Assembly (NCBI RefSeq): GCF_902713615.1 | Contig: NC_052151.1 | Span: forward strand, 132,355,455-132,419,454 | Source: Scyliorhinus canicula | Lineage: Eukaryota | Direction: 5' to 3' | Length of the DNA stretch: 64,000 nucleotides | Shown: piece by piece, positions 62,710 to 64,000 of the stretch | Layout of the letters: each line of letters starts with the position of its first letter | Numbering within the stretch: position 1 is the first letter of the stretch | Made by a program: the position numbers and the translations under genes | Notes under the pieces: model-generated | The model's input: only the letters and a program-made list of their open reading frames with translations | What the model was told of the DNA's origin: nothing | The model's database searches: none

Positions 62710-64000
62710 CTGGAATTAAAAGGTGGATAGAGGTTCCTTTTTGTTTTATTTAATCTTTATTTGATAACACTTGTCAAACTAAGGAGAGCCTTTAGTACAT
62801 TTTAATCACATATTCCATTTTGTTTGTTATCATTTTTTTATTACCTATTTCTGTGAAATAATGTCAATAATAACCTCACTAATAATTTAATAATAATAAT
62901 AAATTGTAGGTAATCATGGTGGTTTCATGCTTTTATGAACTCTTTAAGCATTGAATGGTAAATCAGAGGGCAAATAAGAATTGTTTTATGCAGCAAATAG
63001 TCATGACCATAATGCACTGCTTGAAAGGGTGACGGATAGAATGTCAATAGTTACTTTCAAAATTGAATTGGATATATATTTGATGAAGAACAACTTTAAG
63101 GGCTATGGGGAAAAGGGACTCGGAGCTAATTAGATAGATCTTTCAAAGAGCCAGCACAAGCACGTGGGCTGAATGGCCTACTTCTCAGCTATATGATTCT
63201 ATGTGGACCGCTTTACATCTGAGGCTTGCATGGAAGATGCAGAAGCTGGGATGAGATTGGCTTTTAAACGTAAAAAGCAATGACATAATAGGATCGAAGG
63301 AGAAAGCTGGACGTTTGGACACTATTCAAGTGTTGGTGGATGTGGGTTTCGCCTACGAGCTGGGAGCCTCTTTTCAGGAAGGCCCGCAAAACAACAAGCC
63401 AATGAGGCAGAAGACTTGCCTACCCAGAGCTACAAACCAATTAGAGACCGGCAGCTCTTGTGCTTATTGGCGTCAATTAGCAGGCCTTAGCTGCTGCTGG
63501 AATGACAGGCACTGACCGGAGCCCCAGGAGCGCAAAGTGACCCAGGCCACAGATATTGTGGAGGGGCAGCTCACAACAGGTCCCTCCCCCTTCTCATGTC
63601 CAGTCCCTCAATCAGGCATCAAGTAGCTTTCATTGAGGGGCACCCCACCCACGATAACAAGCTAGCTGCCATGTATATTGCAGGGCTACAGGCTGACCCG
63701 CAGCGGGGCTAATATCAGCGGCGGTGGGATGAGGCCCTTAAGTGGTCATTATTTGGCTACTTAAGGGCCTCAATAAGCGGCAGGGTGGGTAAGCTGACCA
63801 TGGGCCTTCCAACCCAAAACTTAATTTCAACAGCGGATGGTAACCAGGCTCCGGTACACCATCACCAGCCTAAATACATGCCCTTCCCACATCCAGTAGT
63901 TTCCTCCTATGTGACCAACAATCCTGGCCTTCTGTGCATTTCTGCAAAACCAAGCTGACCTTGAGATGATCTCATTTGAATATTTCAGTAGTATTCTTGT

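Noticed and set aside
43000-64000. SDC1 terminal exon expected from mammalian synteny
   Set aside because: I found no syndecan tail (RMKKKDEGSY...EFYA) by eye.

Overview
Repeat-rich vertebrate genomic DNA, most likely a cartilaginous fish (catshark-like). That assignment is an inference from HE1/V-SINE-type SINEs, CR1 and L1/Tx1 LINEs and Harbinger-type MITEs. The minus strand carries a complete 7-exon LAPTM4A gene: CDS exons 37082-36984, 23647-23527, 22038-21962, 21852-21730, 13632-13537, 11025-10927 and 7295-7221, 229 aa, all GT-AG and phase-consistent, with a CCAAT/CpG promoter. Upstream on the same strand are three short phase-compatible exons that the ORF track does not assemble (62709-62596, 60183-60039, 46849-46782). 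They end in ...KRKMKARRET*, matching the metadherin (MTDH/LYRIC/AEG-1) C-terminus, and are followed by a ~3 kb AT-rich putative 3'UTR. Mammalian MTDH lies beside LAPTM4B, not LAPTM4A, so this is a candidate second MTDH ohnolog retained from vertebrate genome duplication and is the most interesting finding here. Other notable elements are a 1.8 kb poly-G/CpG minisatellite at the start of LAPTM4A intron 1, a CLEAR-like E-box plus CRE cluster, a near-intact CR1 with a TAATG ORF1/ORF2 overlap, TSD-flanked L1/Tx1 copies, four TSD-flanked solo LTRs, hAT and Harbinger MITEs, and modular SINEs. Family assignments come from motif recognition and memory; no database searches were run.
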